64,000 nt of DNA from Podarcis erhardii (taxonomy: Eukaryota): NCBI GenBank assembly GCA_964252035.1, contig OZ176200.1; one strand, written 5' to 3'. Of the stretch, positions 50,740 through 63,756 are shown piece after piece. The stretch's first letter is position 1, and every line of letters starts with the position of its first letter. Made by a program: the position numbers and the translations under genes. Under the pieces are notes generated by a model that was not told the origin of the DNA, did not search any database, and was given only the letters and a program-made list of their open reading frames with translations.

Positions 50740-52013
50740 CTAAGGATCATTCAAAATGAAACAATACAAAGATGCAGGCATACTTTTCACCCAACTGTTA
50801 ATCTCATCACAATTTAAAAAAACCCAACCCAAATCATTATTTCAAGGAGAAGAAAGCTATGGAGAAGCTACCACGCTAGATGAATAGCATCCTAACTATT
50901 TGCCTACAAATACTTTTCCTCACTGATCACAAGTCCCTATTGGTTTCTTTCTCTGCCAAAATGATTTAAGTTAGTTCATTGCATTTCTGGCCCCTCCAAG
51001 CACATAGTTCTGAAAAAGGAGGGAAGGAATGGCTATGATTATAATGCAAAAGTAATGACTATTCTCACACATGCACATTTTTTGCAACATCCAAACAATG
51101 TCATTGGCATCAAAAAGCCAGACCATATTCCCCCCACATTTAATCTGGATTTACCCCGTCTGAGAAAAATCTGATACATTAAAAAAAACCACACCTTTTG
51201 CCCACAATGTATTTGTGATATCTGAATGGCTCTTTACAATATTAAGCCCCTGTCTGAAAGTCCCCTGGAAAAGCACTTCAGGGTGCACAAAACCAACAGG
51301 TGTGGTTTGGGGGGTTGGGAAAGGGTGGAGAAAATGGGGAAAGGAAGGCTCCTTTACTGTTCTAATCCAGTAAGAAGCAAGGCCATAATTTCAAGGACTA
51401 GTTAACAAGGAAATAATATTTCCTGATTGCCAGTCAGGAAAGAATAACCAATACTTAGAGGTGGGTAAGCCATATTGAAATAAGCAAATCTGGACCATGG
51501 AATAGTGAGCAAAGTCAAAGTACTAGATCTAATCTTAAACTTAAAGACACATCTGATTCTGCACAGCTCTCGCTTTACTAAAGGAGCAGAAAGTTCTAAT
51601 GTTTTTGCAGCAATGAGATTTGGTTGCACCCTCTCTGCGTGCGATCCAAACTTTTTTGCCTTTTGAGGGCTGAGCTTACAGCTACATATGTTAAATGCCT
51701 TCTGCAAAAGTGCCAGCTCTAACATCAGGAACAATCATGCCATGCAGCAGGGTGAAGTGGTCAGCATTAGATGGCATCATGAGGCATGAATTGGTTTGTG
51801 AATGGTGCAGCGAGACTTTTCCATATTGTTGGCCCTAGCAGGGAAAAAGGGGACCATATGTTGGCTCTGCTTCGGGCAGGAAAATGTCTTGGGCCAGCAC
51901 AGGCAAACATGCCCTATGATGGCAGGGTGAAGAGTAATGGAAGAACTTCATAGCACGCTTCTTCAGCATGCTACTCACACTGAACAAAAGCAGGGAACCG
52001 TCACAGCATTTAC

Positions 52014-52232
52014 CTGGACAGGGATGTGGGTTGCAGTCCTGATATTCCATTGCAGATCCTATGCAAGGTAGGCCACCGTTTTTTGGTTCTGGATTGGTGC
52101 ATGTTCGCTTCCTGGTTCTGAAGCCCAGCTCACAGTCTCGAGAGCAAGATGACCACCCTCCCCAAAAGGACCACCCACCATTGATAATCCGAATAGAGGT
52201 CTTGCCGCTTTTCAGAAGGTCATCAACTAAAG
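52014..52232 (-). CDS. SEMA5B: SEMA5B coding exon, TSP1 repeat
   Basis: ccccccag|CT...CCA G|gtaaat, 219 nt, phase 1-1. LVDDLLKSGKTSIRIINGGWSFWGGWSSCSRDCELGFRTRKRTCTNPEPKNGGLPCIGSAMEYQDCNPHPCP. Confidence 0.95.
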
Positions 52233-52693
52233 CTGGGGGGCAGTGTGGGGGGGGAGAAAGAAAAATATAGGAATTAAACACATGGAAACCCCCAGCTTTC
52301 TTCCCAACCTTGCAGCAGCAGATGTGGGCAAGGAGTGTTCAGACAATTGCATGGTGAACTATGTTCCCTTCCCAGCTTCAAGGCTAAGAGGAAGGCTGGA
52401 AGACTGTGTTGCCTAGAGCATCTTAGCCATACAATGTCACACTGGCACTCTCTCTCTCTTTCCTTCTCTAAAGTAAGAGATTTCTGTGGCAGGTGAACTG
52501 CCAAGGCTTCACGAGCACCCGAGTCACATGGGCACACTGGCAAGATTCCTTCCCTTGCAGGTGATCATGGCAAATATAGGTTACATTCATCACATAGTGA
52601 AGAAAAGAAACTGTGGTGCAGTAAATGAAATGAACCTGCTTAGCCCCACTCATGCCAACATGTGAGTGGTGCTAATGGTGCAGACACCATGCA

Positions 52694-53180
52694 GTGGTGG
52701 TGGGCTGGATGAGGGCCAATGCACTGAGCTTGAATCCTGGCAAGATGCAGGCCCTGTGGGCAAATAGTTATTGTATCCAAGAAATCGGCCAATTACCTGC
52801 CCTGGATGGGCTTGCACTCTCTCAGAACGAGCAAGTAAGCACTCTAGGGGAGACCCAGGTTTCTTACTGGAGGACCTGGTGGCTAGAGCACTTTTTATCA
52901 GCTTCAGCTAGTGTGACATTGGTTTCTGGACCAGGATAGCCTGATCACAGTACTTCAGGCACTTCTGATTGGATTACTGCCATGCAGGTGGATCTTCCCT
53001 TGTGTTTGGCCCAGGAACTGCAACTACTGCAGAATGATTGCCGGCAGGAGAGAGAAACCCTGCAGAGGGATGAGCTGCCAATTTGTTACTGGGTGCGTTA
53101 CTGTTAATATATAAAGCTTTCAACACCTTGGGACCAGTTTGCTTGCCCCTTGACTGCTTCAATCCATGGCACCTCAATTA
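52694..53180 (+). mobile_element. Old degraded L2 fragment
   Basis: WMRANALSLNPGK (compare WMxxNxLKLNPDK), DYC-like and YKAFNTLG remnants, with frameshifts. Confidence 0.7.
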
Positions 53181-53562
53181 TCTGAAATACCCCCACAATT
53201 GTGCTCTCAACCACACAGTCCTATCATGCGCTCCTGTAGTATGCAATCACAGCAAGCTGAAGTGACCCCTATACTGCTTGATGTGTGAAGGGCATCTTAA
53301 TAAACACAGAAATTAAGATTATGCACCTCCAGCAACACAGTGTTTGCAGGTGTGTGAAAAGCTCCCAAGCAAATTCCCTAATGCTCATCCATCCTGACAG
53401 AGTATATACTGTCTCAATCTGCTGGCTTTGATTTGCTCTGTTGCTATCAACATAGATCAGCATTTATCCAAACCTACGCTTCAGCTGCCCACAACCTCCT
53501 GCATGAATAACAAGAAGCTTAGCTGGGCGCTCATTATAATCTCGCAATCTGGCAGGACATAC

Positions 53563-53788
53563 AATCAGTGTCGCAAACAGCTGAGCCGTCATTGGGGCAG
53601 AACCGACTCTCCGTCTTCTTCCTGCCAAACTGGAGGTCGTGAGGGTCAGCAAGCTGAGCGCGGCAGGTGTAGCGGAAACGCTGTTCTTGACGAGCACCAC
53701 TCTGAGTGATGTTGGTAGGCATCCATGGAGTCCAAGGTGTGTTTCTTCGGACCTCTGGGCAGGCTTCTGGGCTGCAGGTTTTATACTC
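53563..53788 (-). CDS. SEMA5B: SEMA5B coding exon, atypical TSP1 repeat
   Basis: tttctgtag|GAG...GAT T|gtatgt, 226 nt, phase 0-1. EYKTCSPEACPEVRRNTPWTPWMPTNITQSGARQEQRFRYTCRAQLADPHDLQFGRKKTESRFCPNDGSAVCDTD. Confidence 0.95.
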
Positions 53789-54098
53789 CTACAGAAATAG
53801 GAGGAAATGGCGGAAGGACCCAATTATTAGCATTTACTTGAGGGTTTGCAGCTTTACCAATGCACTTGGGGACAATGACATTTAAGGAACAGTAAGATAA
53901 ACCCCCCGAATATTTGACTCAAAATCACAAAACCACTGAAGCAGTAACAAAGCTCAGAAGGTGTATAAATCAAGGTCTGATATTGCTTCCAGTTCTTTAA
54001 TAGAATACGATGCTGAGGCGACAGGCCTACGCATGTGTTAGATAAAGTGCCCATACTCATACATGCAAACAAATTCCATAGACAAAGGCCCGGTTGGA

Positions 54099-54210
54099 GG
54101 CGTTTCCATGCGCTCTGGCTTCCATCACAGTGTCCCATTGCGCCAGAAGCGGCTTAGTCATGCTGGCCACATGACCCGGAAAGCTGTCTGTGGACAAATG
54201 CCAGCTCCCT
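54099..54210 (+). mobile_element. Sauria SINE internal fragment
   Basis: gccagaagcggcttagtcatgctggccacatgacccggaa(a)gctgtctgtggacaaa matches the Sauria SINE core as recalled. Confidence 0.75.
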
Positions 54211-54348
54211 TCTTACCTAGCCCCTAGGTCAATTACCTGTAAGCTCCCTCTCTTCTCTAAGCCCAGGTGTATAGGACAAGTCCTAAAGAACTGAGGAAAA
54301 GAGAACATAAGAAAACAGCAACGAAAGCCTATCTGAATGAAAACGTAC

Positions 54349-54496
54349 CACAGCACAGCCTGGGCAGGAGTTTCCATTTTCACAAGACCTCTGCCTGGAG
54401 TGCACCCCTCCACCACAATTTGCGCTACATTTATTCCAAGGGCCCCACGAAGACCAGAAGATTGGCAATGGGCATGGACTGTTCTCATTGCAGAAC
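54349..54496 (-). CDS. SEMA5B: SEMA5B coding exon, TSP1 repeat
   Basis: ccatccag|G...GCT GTG|gtacgt, 148 nt, phase 2-0. FCNENSPCPLPIFWSSWGPWNKCSANCGGGVHSRQRSCENGNSCPGCAV. Confidence 0.95.
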
Positions 54497-57400
54497 CTGG
54501 ATGGAAACAAAATTCCAGGGAGGGAAATAAGGAAACAGTAATGCAAGTCAGTGTCCTGGAGCACCCCAAAGGAAAGTTGTAAAAGACTCTGCAAGGAACT
54601 GTTCACACCAGGAAGAAAAAGGCTGACATCAGGTTGAGTAGAAATTTAACTTCAGCACCACAAGTAAAAAGATGCAAGACCCACTGAAATCAACGGGAAA
54701 TAAATTTTGAGAAACTAGTCCTATTGATTTCAGTGGGACTAAAAGCATTACTTGCTTAGTCTGGATCTAAGCCATTCTTGTTAGTGTCCATTCTGGAGGG
54801 GCTAGAGATTCCAGCAGGCTGGTTTTCCCCCAATTTGTAATACTTGCATCTTAACTATTTTATTATTTACACAGCTTTATCGATGGCAACAACTTCTAAG
54901 TTGTTTGCATAGATGAACAATGAATGAGATCTCTTTTGTTTGTTGTTTCGGGATTATAGTCACACAAGTTTTCTACCCTGTTTTAAAACTGTAATACTAC
55001 TATTTCCTTTTTAAAAAAAAAACACTGGATGGTCATAGCAGCAGAGCAACATCATAGGAGCTAACATTGACTTACGTTTGCTAAGTATAGCAAACTATCC
55101 TGCAAAAGACCCATAGATAGTTTATACCCAAATTAGATGTGCTCATAACCTACTACTAATGCTCACATTGTACCATTATAATACAATTTTTTTTTCTGGC
55201 ATTGCCTGGGTGAAGAAAATAAAATGTTTTAAAAACAGATACATCTTTATAAGTGTGTATTGACAGTACTGTCCATTAACTTAGTACTTAAGCCTTAAAG
55301 CATTGCAAACTAATTTAGGCTAGAAATCCAGCTACTTGTAATTAAACTGGCCTCTTTAGGATCCCAAATTATCTAATAATCTGATGCCAATTACCCTAAA
55401 ATAAATGGCTGAACTATATTATTGTTTAGCAAGTATTATGCTGGGTTTAAGTAGCCAAGTCCTTATGAGAGTACAGCGAGTTGATAGATTTGATGGAAAC
55501 TGGGCAACCATCACTGTATATGTAACACAATGTTATCTGCTGTCAGTATGCCCCCATCCTTCAGATATTGTTTTGAATAGACTTATTACACAATTATTTG
55601 TGGTCCTAAAAACTGAAGTCTAGTAAGTTTGCAAAGCTAACTATCTCCCATTCTCTTTGCAAAATTTTCCTTTTTGTATAGGAAATATACATACAGTTTG
55701 CTTAGTTTGTAGTTTTGTTTGATTTATATTCTATGCCTGCCATTTGTAACTGTGCTTTAAGGTTGTAAAAACTTCAAAAACAAAACAAGAAACCCACCAC
55801 ATAGTATCATGGTCAGACATTACTTTCCAAACCTGGCGTGAGAAGAAGCAAGGTCTTACAGCCCATTTATTATGCAAATTTATTCCATGTCAGTTCCACT
55901 TTGTTCATTTGGACTTACCTCCCAGCCATTAAGGCTTGTGTGAACCCACAATTTAGTACAATCTCCCTGCCTCCTCTGCAGTTAGAAAGTAGTTTTGGCC
56001 AAACAGATCATGTTCATCTGCCCCTAGGCTTTCTGGATCATTTCCCCCGGAACTCTGGTCCAGGTAAATGTGGCATTCAGCTGTGTTCAGCAGCACTTTC
56101 CTTGAGTTAATTTTATTTTTGTCCGACTACTTTTGCCCATTTTAAAAATAAGAAAGTGCTAGCTCCACTTCAGTCATCACATAATACAATCACCATTGCT
56201 ATCACTACTTCAACGGAAAAAATGAAGTTATGTTTCCAGTAGTCACAGATCTAATCAAACATGAAGACACACAGACTAATTATACGAAATGTCTTTTGCA
56301 TTTGCAATTCCAGAGCAGGTTTTTGTCTGGAACTTTAGCTGGGGTACTAACCATTTCATTTTATTTTTGGCCTGAGGGACACATTCATCAATGGCCAAAC
56401 CTCCTCCAAGGGCTGCAAAACAATGGTGTGTGTGGCCACTCTGCATTCTTACATGCTCACAGACACACTAAGGCAAAAAGCTTCCCCTCAGCTAATCTAT
56501 GCAGATCAGCTAAGAAGAGGGAGTTAACCCCCACCTCCCTGCTCATCAACTTGATGTCTGGGGGAGGGAACAACTTGTATTCCCACCCCCATCTCAGTGC
56601 TGCGTCCTTGTCCTTTTTCTTTGTTGTTTTTTTTGCCACCACCAAAATTGGTGAGGTCTTGGGGGCGTGATAAAAATTTGCTTGGGGAGCCAGATCAAAC
56701 CTCAATTTTGAGCAAGTCCAGCTACAAAATAAGCTGGCTCTCCCCTTCTTACCATGTTTAACAAAGAATCAGGCCTTTTAAAATAAGATTTACTTACTTT
56801 ATAATGATGCATTGGTTCACAGCTACAGTAGCAGTAAAAATTATGCAGGCAAAATACTTACCTTTACATTATAACTAAAGCTGGACCAAAAGCAGGCATA
56901 TCTGCATCCAATGCTGGTCAAAGTAAGGTGGAGGGGGGAACATATTATGTGTCCCTTCCTCTCCAGACAGGAGGGGAAATGACATCACGCAGAACCTCTC
57001 TACCAATTCTCTTTCTATGATCTTAGCCCCTTCTCATGATAACTATCAAGAATATGTATTTGTTAGGTTTGGCTGCAAATCTCCCACAAAACACACCCCT
57101 GGTTTTCTGACACTCAATACCTGTGACTTCCAAGCACGCTTAGGGTGTTTTTTATTTTACCCCCATGGCCCATTTTTGGCTCCACTTCTGTTAGCACTGA
57201 CTATTTTAGTTTGCTGGTGTGGGGAATGGCATGCCATCTAAAGACTATCAACCCTCCTATGAAAATGCAGCATATGTGCAGTTCTCCTTTTAAATATGCA
57301 TACTATTTTCTTTCTCTATTCATAGCATAGCATAGCATGTGTTATGGCTAGAGCATCCTTATGCTCTTATTTCACTTCTTGAGCAAATTTCTATCTCATC

Positions 57401-57859
57401 CTTCAGCACAAGAGATCTATGGCTGGCTAACAGCTCCCATTCTGAATAGCAAGCGGCAATATTTTGTAGCACCATAGCATACTTCACTGAAAAAATTCAG
57501 GTTTAGCAACCTCAACAGCTTAACAATGCCATACTTTCTTCAAGTTATGGGCCTTGTTTCAAACTATTATTTTGACATATGGGTGTGCAACACAGTAACA
57601 TATTTATATTTATTTAAAAGGTCTGTAAGGCAGCTTTATAGGCAAAAATGAATAATTATGAGATCAATATAGAAACACAATATGACAATGATGAACCTAA
57701 AACACACATAACGTAAATGAAATAGTGAAGACTAGAAGCAGCAGAAGTAGAAGAATACAATAAATCACAATCTCATTCACAAAAGGCTTGGGGGGGTGAG
57801 AATTAGTTTTTTTACTTGTTCCCTAAAAGATTAAAGAATGGGTGCCAAACAGGTGTTTC

Positions 57860-57995
57860 TGGGGAAGTGTTCCACAATCAGGGCAAGACCCTATCCCCAG
57901 TTGCCACCTGCCTAACCTCTACAGGTAGGGTCACCAGGAGCAGAGGTCTCAGACGATGATCTCAGTGAGTGGGCAGGTTCATATGGGAGAAGACA
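57860..57995 (-). mobile_element. Degraded L2 fragment
   Basis: Alignable by eye to 6845-6990 of the L2 copy in this window (gttccaca..., ctcagtg..gggcag). Confidence 0.5.
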
Positions 57996-58111
57996 TCTGG
58001 GATGGGTCACTAATCCATGTGGTGTAATGAATCCTTCAAAAGAAAACACAAGAGCTCTGAGCCAAAAAAAAAAAGTCTCATAGAAGTTCAGGGATGGGGA
58101 ACGACTCTCAC

Positions 58112-58255
58112 CGCTCCTCTCTGCTTTGTCCGACACAGACCCTGCCTCCGTATCGCGGAGCAGGGTTGCTGCACGACCTCTGACGGACCTGAAAGCCAAT
58201 CCCACAGGAAGTGCTGCAGGGGGCCCAGGACGACCATGGTGTCCAAGCTCCATTC
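58112..58255 (-). CDS. SEMA5B: SEMA5B coding exon, TSP1 repeat
   Basis: ctgtcag|G...GAG CG|gtgaga, 144 nt, phase 2-2. NGAWTPWSSWAPCSTSCGIGFQVRQRSCSNPAPRYGGRVCVGQSREE. Confidence 0.95.
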
Positions 58256-60583
58256 CTGACAGAGGGGAGGGGGAAGGAAGAAAGATAAAACATGGCATCT
58301 GGGTTAATTCTTATTTTTTTCAACTTTAACGCCAGGTTCAACACTGCTGGCTCTGGAGTACCAACAGGTTGCAGAGACTGACTAGCACTACGAAGCACGC
58401 TTCAATAGAGATTAGCCCAAGAAACAGACAGAGATTAGGGTTAGAATTCTGCATGTGCTTTTTTTTTTTTTTTTTTTAAGTCTTCCCCAGCTTTTAAATT
58501 TGAACAAACAAAATCCATGGCAATTTCATGTTGAACAGATTTAAGCCTATGCTAAACATAATAAGGGCAGGCGAGGGTTACATTTTTCTACCCTCCATTA
58601 CTCATAAATTTGCAAAGTTTTGTATCATTTCTTGAGTTCCTTATGAAACTTTTTTTTAAAAGATGTCATGGTGTTGTAGAAAAACCTGCAGAATCGAATA
58701 TGTGGGGTGCTGGAAGGGGAAGAATTACAAAGGCTTGGGCATAAGAGATGAAAGATGCCCTGACCTCACTTAGGCAACTTCAGAAGCAGTATTTGCTACA
58801 CATAATAAAGCTTTATAAGCACCGAATCATTTATTTATTGTATTCTAAAGGCTCAGAATGCATTACATTTTTAAAAAACAACAATGAGAAACTAAAAAAT
58901 AGACATACTGTAATTGCATAAAATAAAATAAAAAACACAAGCAGTTTAAAACATCAGTTAGTATTTTCTTAAGCATAAAGACAAGACTATTTTTACGGTC
59001 ATTTGAAGATTCAGGGAACACTCTTAGGATTAATAGAGCATTCTATTGGTGGGCCTGGAATATGACAAATCAGACTGCTAAACCATCTGTGAGGTGCTAT
59101 TTCTCAAGAAACTTTCCTCCAATTTCAGGTGTTCTCCTTGCCCAATACTTGTTCAAATTTCTCTCATTTTACATTTGCCTTTTAGCTCACAGAACCCTAG
59201 ATTCCCAAATGATGTGTTAATGTCAGGGCCCATTTAATAAAGGAAAGACAGATACTGTGGTGGTCAATTATTTTGAAAATGATTGGAACATATTCTTCTT
59301 TCTTAGAGTAGGTATGTGTCTTTCCTTAGAAATGCAGAGTCGCAACAGAAAAGACATTTCAGGGGCAAAGTTATACCCAATCCTCATCCAACACCAAATA
59401 ATTGTTATTTTACCAAATGTAGTTTCCCTTTTGCCATAGCACACTCCTGCTTTTCACCTCAGTGGTCCTGAGCAAGTGACAGAGCAACTATTTTCTACAG
59501 TGCATTCTCAAGTCCATATCACATGCTGTCCTGTTTCTTGTGGTCCTGAAAGTTGAGCTGGTGAACAGATGTGTTGATTTTCCAAGAATTGACTGAATTA
59601 ATAAAAGTGCTTGGCAACCAATGGGTACCCGGCAAGGCACCAGCTGCAGCAGGAAGCTTAAATTAAAACCTGCGTAGCCTTCATGGTTTTCAAGTCCGTT
59701 ATCAACTCTCCCATTCTCTTGGCACTCTTCTCTTTTCTTTCATAAGAAGGTGAGGAAATAAAAAAGGACTTCCATACAAACTGTGATATAACCCATGTTT
59801 TGCCTATTGTTTCCTTGACCGTCTAAGAAAGACATGGTACCCAAAACTTAAAATATGTGATTACAATAAATGAATAAATGCTTTCTATCACACCCCTTAA
59901 GTGGGTAGGGGGAAGCCACAGAAATCAAAGCCACCAGTATCCAAAACTCAACTAAGTAATATATTTCTAAAATCATTCCATGTTTTGTGTGTAGTTTTAA
60001 ACCCTTTTAAAATCATCCATCCATATAGCAAAACATTTGATTAGCCAAATGTTTTGGATAGTTGCCATGTCATTTGGATAAATGAAATTCAACTGTATAT
60101 GCACATATTTTGTTTTGAAGATTAAGATTTTTAAAGGAGGAAGTCTCAATTTATATTCAAAGTGTAGACAATCTTCAAGAAGGTTTTCATCAGCACTGTG
60201 GCATTTGCAACCTTAGATCTCATTTATAACTAAAACTCTTATTTAAACTTTGTCATGAAAGCCTAGCAATGCCATACGAAGACAGTTAAAATTGAAATAC
60301 TAGACCTGCAATGAGTGTAAGATGATCATATGGCTGTATTTCTTAACAGTCACTGAATTTTAACACTGAATGCATTTCTCATCCACTTCCTACAGGCTAA
60401 TCTTGTGGTATCCCACACTTTTGGAGATCATGTTGTTGGCAATGATTAAATGATTGCATCAGCTGCCTTATGTCTCTTGCAGGCTAGAGGATGCTCCACA
60501 TGGTAGAATTCTACCAGCTGTAAGAATGGCTGATCAAGAGCATAGAAAATGTAAAAGAAGATTGATCCACAAAGGCCCACATG

Positions 60584-60733
60584 CTTGCACTGGTATGCCT
60601 TCAAATTGCTAGGTTGGCAGAAGCTGGGACAGAGCAACGGGAGCTCACCCCATCGTGCGGATTCGAACCGCTGACCTTCTGATAGGCAAGCCCAAGAGAC
60701 TCAGTGGTTTAGACCACAGCAGCATCCACATCC
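60584..60733 (-). mobile_element. Sauria SINE 5' (tRNA-derived) fragment
   Basis: Reverse strand has the B box ggttcgaatcc followed by ggggtgagctcccgttgctc...ctgccaacctagca, the Sauria SINE head. Confidence 0.8.
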
Positions 60734-61125
60734 AGCAAACACAGCTAGTAGTTGCTACACAGAAGTGTCTACACAAGCCTGAAGAAAAAAGACAGACTAA
60801 ATCCCGCCAGGTGTGACAGATAAGATGGTCAAATTGCACAATGGCATCCCTACAGCTTACAGTGTGTGTGCATGTGTTTAGGTCTCCCCAAAATAGTTTC
60901 TCCTAATCTAAATTGGATATGAATGCAAAATGGTCAATAAAGATACGTGATGGGGACCATGAAAGTGGGGGAAAAACACACACATGCAATGTGGTAATGA
61001 TGACATTGATTCAGGGAGCACAACAGATGCAAAAGCTAGCTCTCAGTGATCCACAGCAAACAAAAGGGCTGCCAGTTGAATTCAGCAAGCTACACAATAT
61101 CAGTTGTATTAACAAGAATAGGCTG

Positions 61126-61182
61126 AAGCTGCCCATAGTGGCTGGGGCAACCCAGTCAGGTGGGCAGGGTACAAATGTAGTT

Positions 61183-61215
<33 letters not shown>
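61126..61215 (+). mobile_element. L2 3' stub with (GTA)11 tail
   Basis: gtggctggggcaacccagtcaggtgggcagggtacaaat matches the 3' end of the 6623 L2 copy. (GTA)11 at 61183-61215. Confidence 0.75.
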
Positions 61216-62388
61216 ATGCTAATAATAAATGACCACATTATTATTATTAGCCAAGCTTTAAATGATCAGCCATTCATTTTTTAAAAATATTGTTTATACT
61301 GCTTTCACTTGTTTCAGTATTTAAACAGTGTTAGGACTCCCATGATGCCATCTGTTAAGAGAAAACTATCAGAAGAAGCAAGGCGTAACAATTGATTATG
61401 TTTTTATAATTTAGTTGTACCGCAGGCAATGTGATGTATTACTTTAATGAAGTTAATGCAGCTTTCTTGGTCAAACAAAGCAAAACTACGTGAACTCCTG
61501 CAACTTGGGGTGGGGGCAGAGAAAGATAAATCTATCCTTTTCTAATGTTTTATATCTGCGCTGGGGAATCTGTGGCCCTTCATATGATGTTGGGACTCCA
61601 GCTCCCATCGGCCCAAGGTGACCTGGCCAGTGGTGAGGGCCGATGAGTGTGGCAGTCAACCAACATGGGGAGGACTGCTGGTCCCTATTACTGGTTTATC
61701 TGTAACAGTTTGGAAGTGTGAGGTACATAATGAATATACTAGCTAGATGCCCACAAGCCAGATATGTTCTGTGGCAATCGCTATTCTGATCACTGCTATC
61801 ACAATTGACTGGAAGAACCCTTGTAGTATGAAGTGGTGATTCTATAATTCAAACTCGTAATGGGGGGTGTAATGGGGAAGAACCAAGGGTGGCATTTATT
61901 CCAGATTAATTACTCCAATCTATAAGTGAGACTTTGAAAATGATTTCTTTGCCAGTAGTTTCACAGTGTCAGGTTTCCTAGTAAACTCACTTGGTATTTG
62001 AGAAATCCCTCCAGTGACATGATATTTATTTTTATTATGCTTCTATGCCTGCCCTTCCTCCAATGAAACGAGGGTAGTATACTTGGCTTCCCTCTTTTAA
62101 CCTCACAGCAACCCTAAGAGGTAGACAAGGCTGAGAAATAGTGGCCTCAACTATCCCAGTGAGTTTCATCCCTGTGTGGGGATTTGAACTAGTGCTCTAT
62201 ACAGCAGAATATTAAAGTTGTAGCAACATTGCTTCTTTTCCTGTAACCTCCGCTTCCTAATTTTAAGTGACTTTTGTGCTCTGTAGGTGAGTTTGACCAA
62301 GAAAGAGGCAATAACAGTCAGTAGACAGATGAAAGGAATAACTTTTCACTCTTCCTGCATATACAAGATATAAAAGACGTTCAGGTAC

Positions 62389-62570
62389 CTTGAGCAATTT
62401 GCAATCTCTATCCTGGCTCCTTCACAGTCACGTCCACCACACTGAGGCTGAGGGCTGTTACACGACCGCGATCTGCACATGCAGGAGCCTGTGCTGTCAC
62501 CATCCGAGTGTTCACACGGTTGCCACGGGGACCAGGCCCCCAACTGGCCATCCACCATCAGATTTTTCAC
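62389..62570 (-). CDS. SEMA5B: SEMA5B coding exon, first TSP1-like repeat
   Basis: tttaaattag|GTG...TCA AG|gtacct, 182 nt, phase 0-2. VKNLMVDGQLGAWSPWQPCEHSDGDSTGSCMCRSRSCNSPQPQCGGRDCEGARIEIANCS. Confidence 0.93.
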
Positions 62571-63434
62571 CTAATTTAAATAAAGAGAAGTCATCACGGT
62601 GAGTCTGTGCATCGTAAGTTGCCCATGAGGGCAAAGTTGCAGTCGAGGCAAGGAGATGTCTGAGAATCTTTCCTACCCCTCTCTAGAAAAACACAATGTC
62701 AGTACTCCCTCACAGATACTCGTATTTAGAATAACATAAACTAAGGAATGAGCCCTCACTACCAGGGCCAGCCCTACCATTAAACAGAGGAAGGCTATTC
62801 CTGCCTCAGGCAGGAGATGCTGAGGGATGGGCTGTAAGGTGGAACAAGGGACAGAGTTGTGTGTGCTTTGTGTCCTGCTCTGTACATCCCTAAACTAGCC
62901 CACCGCCCTCAGGTGTAGCAGAGAATGCAGTCCTGTTGCCAAATTGAAAGTAATATTCAACTCAATCAATCAATCAATCAATCAATCAGATTTTGCATCT
63001 GAAAGGGAGAGGGTACCAGCTTGTCCCCTGCCTGAGGCAGCAAAATTTCTTAGGCCAACCAAGTTCACTACACAGTCACTGTGTGTGCAGTACCCTAGAT
63101 ATAAGTGAATAAATATCCAATGAGAACAGAAGACTTAAATGAACTGCACATGTTCTTAAGGTCTGATTCTGAACTCTTCATTTCAGCTGAAATTTAAAAA
63201 GCAGTGGCAACCATTTCAGTTTGTGGCTTCCACATTTCAAATCAGCATCATTTTGGCCACAGTGCTACATGTGTGTTGTACCAAAGTGCTTCATCTGTGC
63301 TAGATAACTTCCGCTACTCCCACAGTGCACCCCTGTGTGATGCTGACTGCACACAATATGACGCCACAGGTACAGAAGGTAAAAAGGATTTGGTTTTGGA
63401 GTTCCACACATTCCTCTTAGAAGAAGCTTTTGCC

Positions 63435-63756
63435 CAGGGGCAGGCAACCTAAGGCCCAGGGCACAGATGTGGCCCAATTGCCTTCTCAATCCAGCCCCCA
63501 ACGGTCTGGGAATCAGTGTGTTTTTACGTGAGTAGAATATGTCCTTTTATTTAAAATGCAACTCTGGGTTATTTGTGGGGCCAGCCTGGTGTTTTTACAT
63601 GAGTAGAATGTGTGCTTTTATTAAAAATGCATTTCTGGGTTATTTGTGGGGCATAGGAATTCATTCATTCCTCCCCCCAAAAAATATAGTCCGGCCCACC
63701 ACATGGTCCGAGGGACGGTGGACTGGCCCATGGCTGAAAAAGGTTGCTGACCCCTG
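63435..63756. mobile_element. hAT MITE, 322 bp, with an internal 71-bp-period duplication
   Basis: TIRs caggggcaggcaacct / aggttgctgacccctg. 8-bp TSD cttttgcc / cttttacc (7/8). Internal direct repeat starts at 63522 and 63593. Confidence 0.88.

Noticed and set aside
60584-60733. tRNA-like B box
   Set aside because: It is the head of a Sauria SINE and lacks a full cloverleaf.
62285-62292. + strand TAG|GTGAGT after a pyrimidine tract
   Set aside because: Antisense to SEMA5B with no partner sites identified. It shows that such motifs occur by chance, which tempers the other splice-motif findings.
33493-62570. Assignment of the semaphorin as SEMA5A
   Set aside because: The cytoplasmic tail (TLNKNNLIPDDR.NFYPLQQTNVYTTTYYP) and adjacency to SLC49A4 both indicate SEMA5B.
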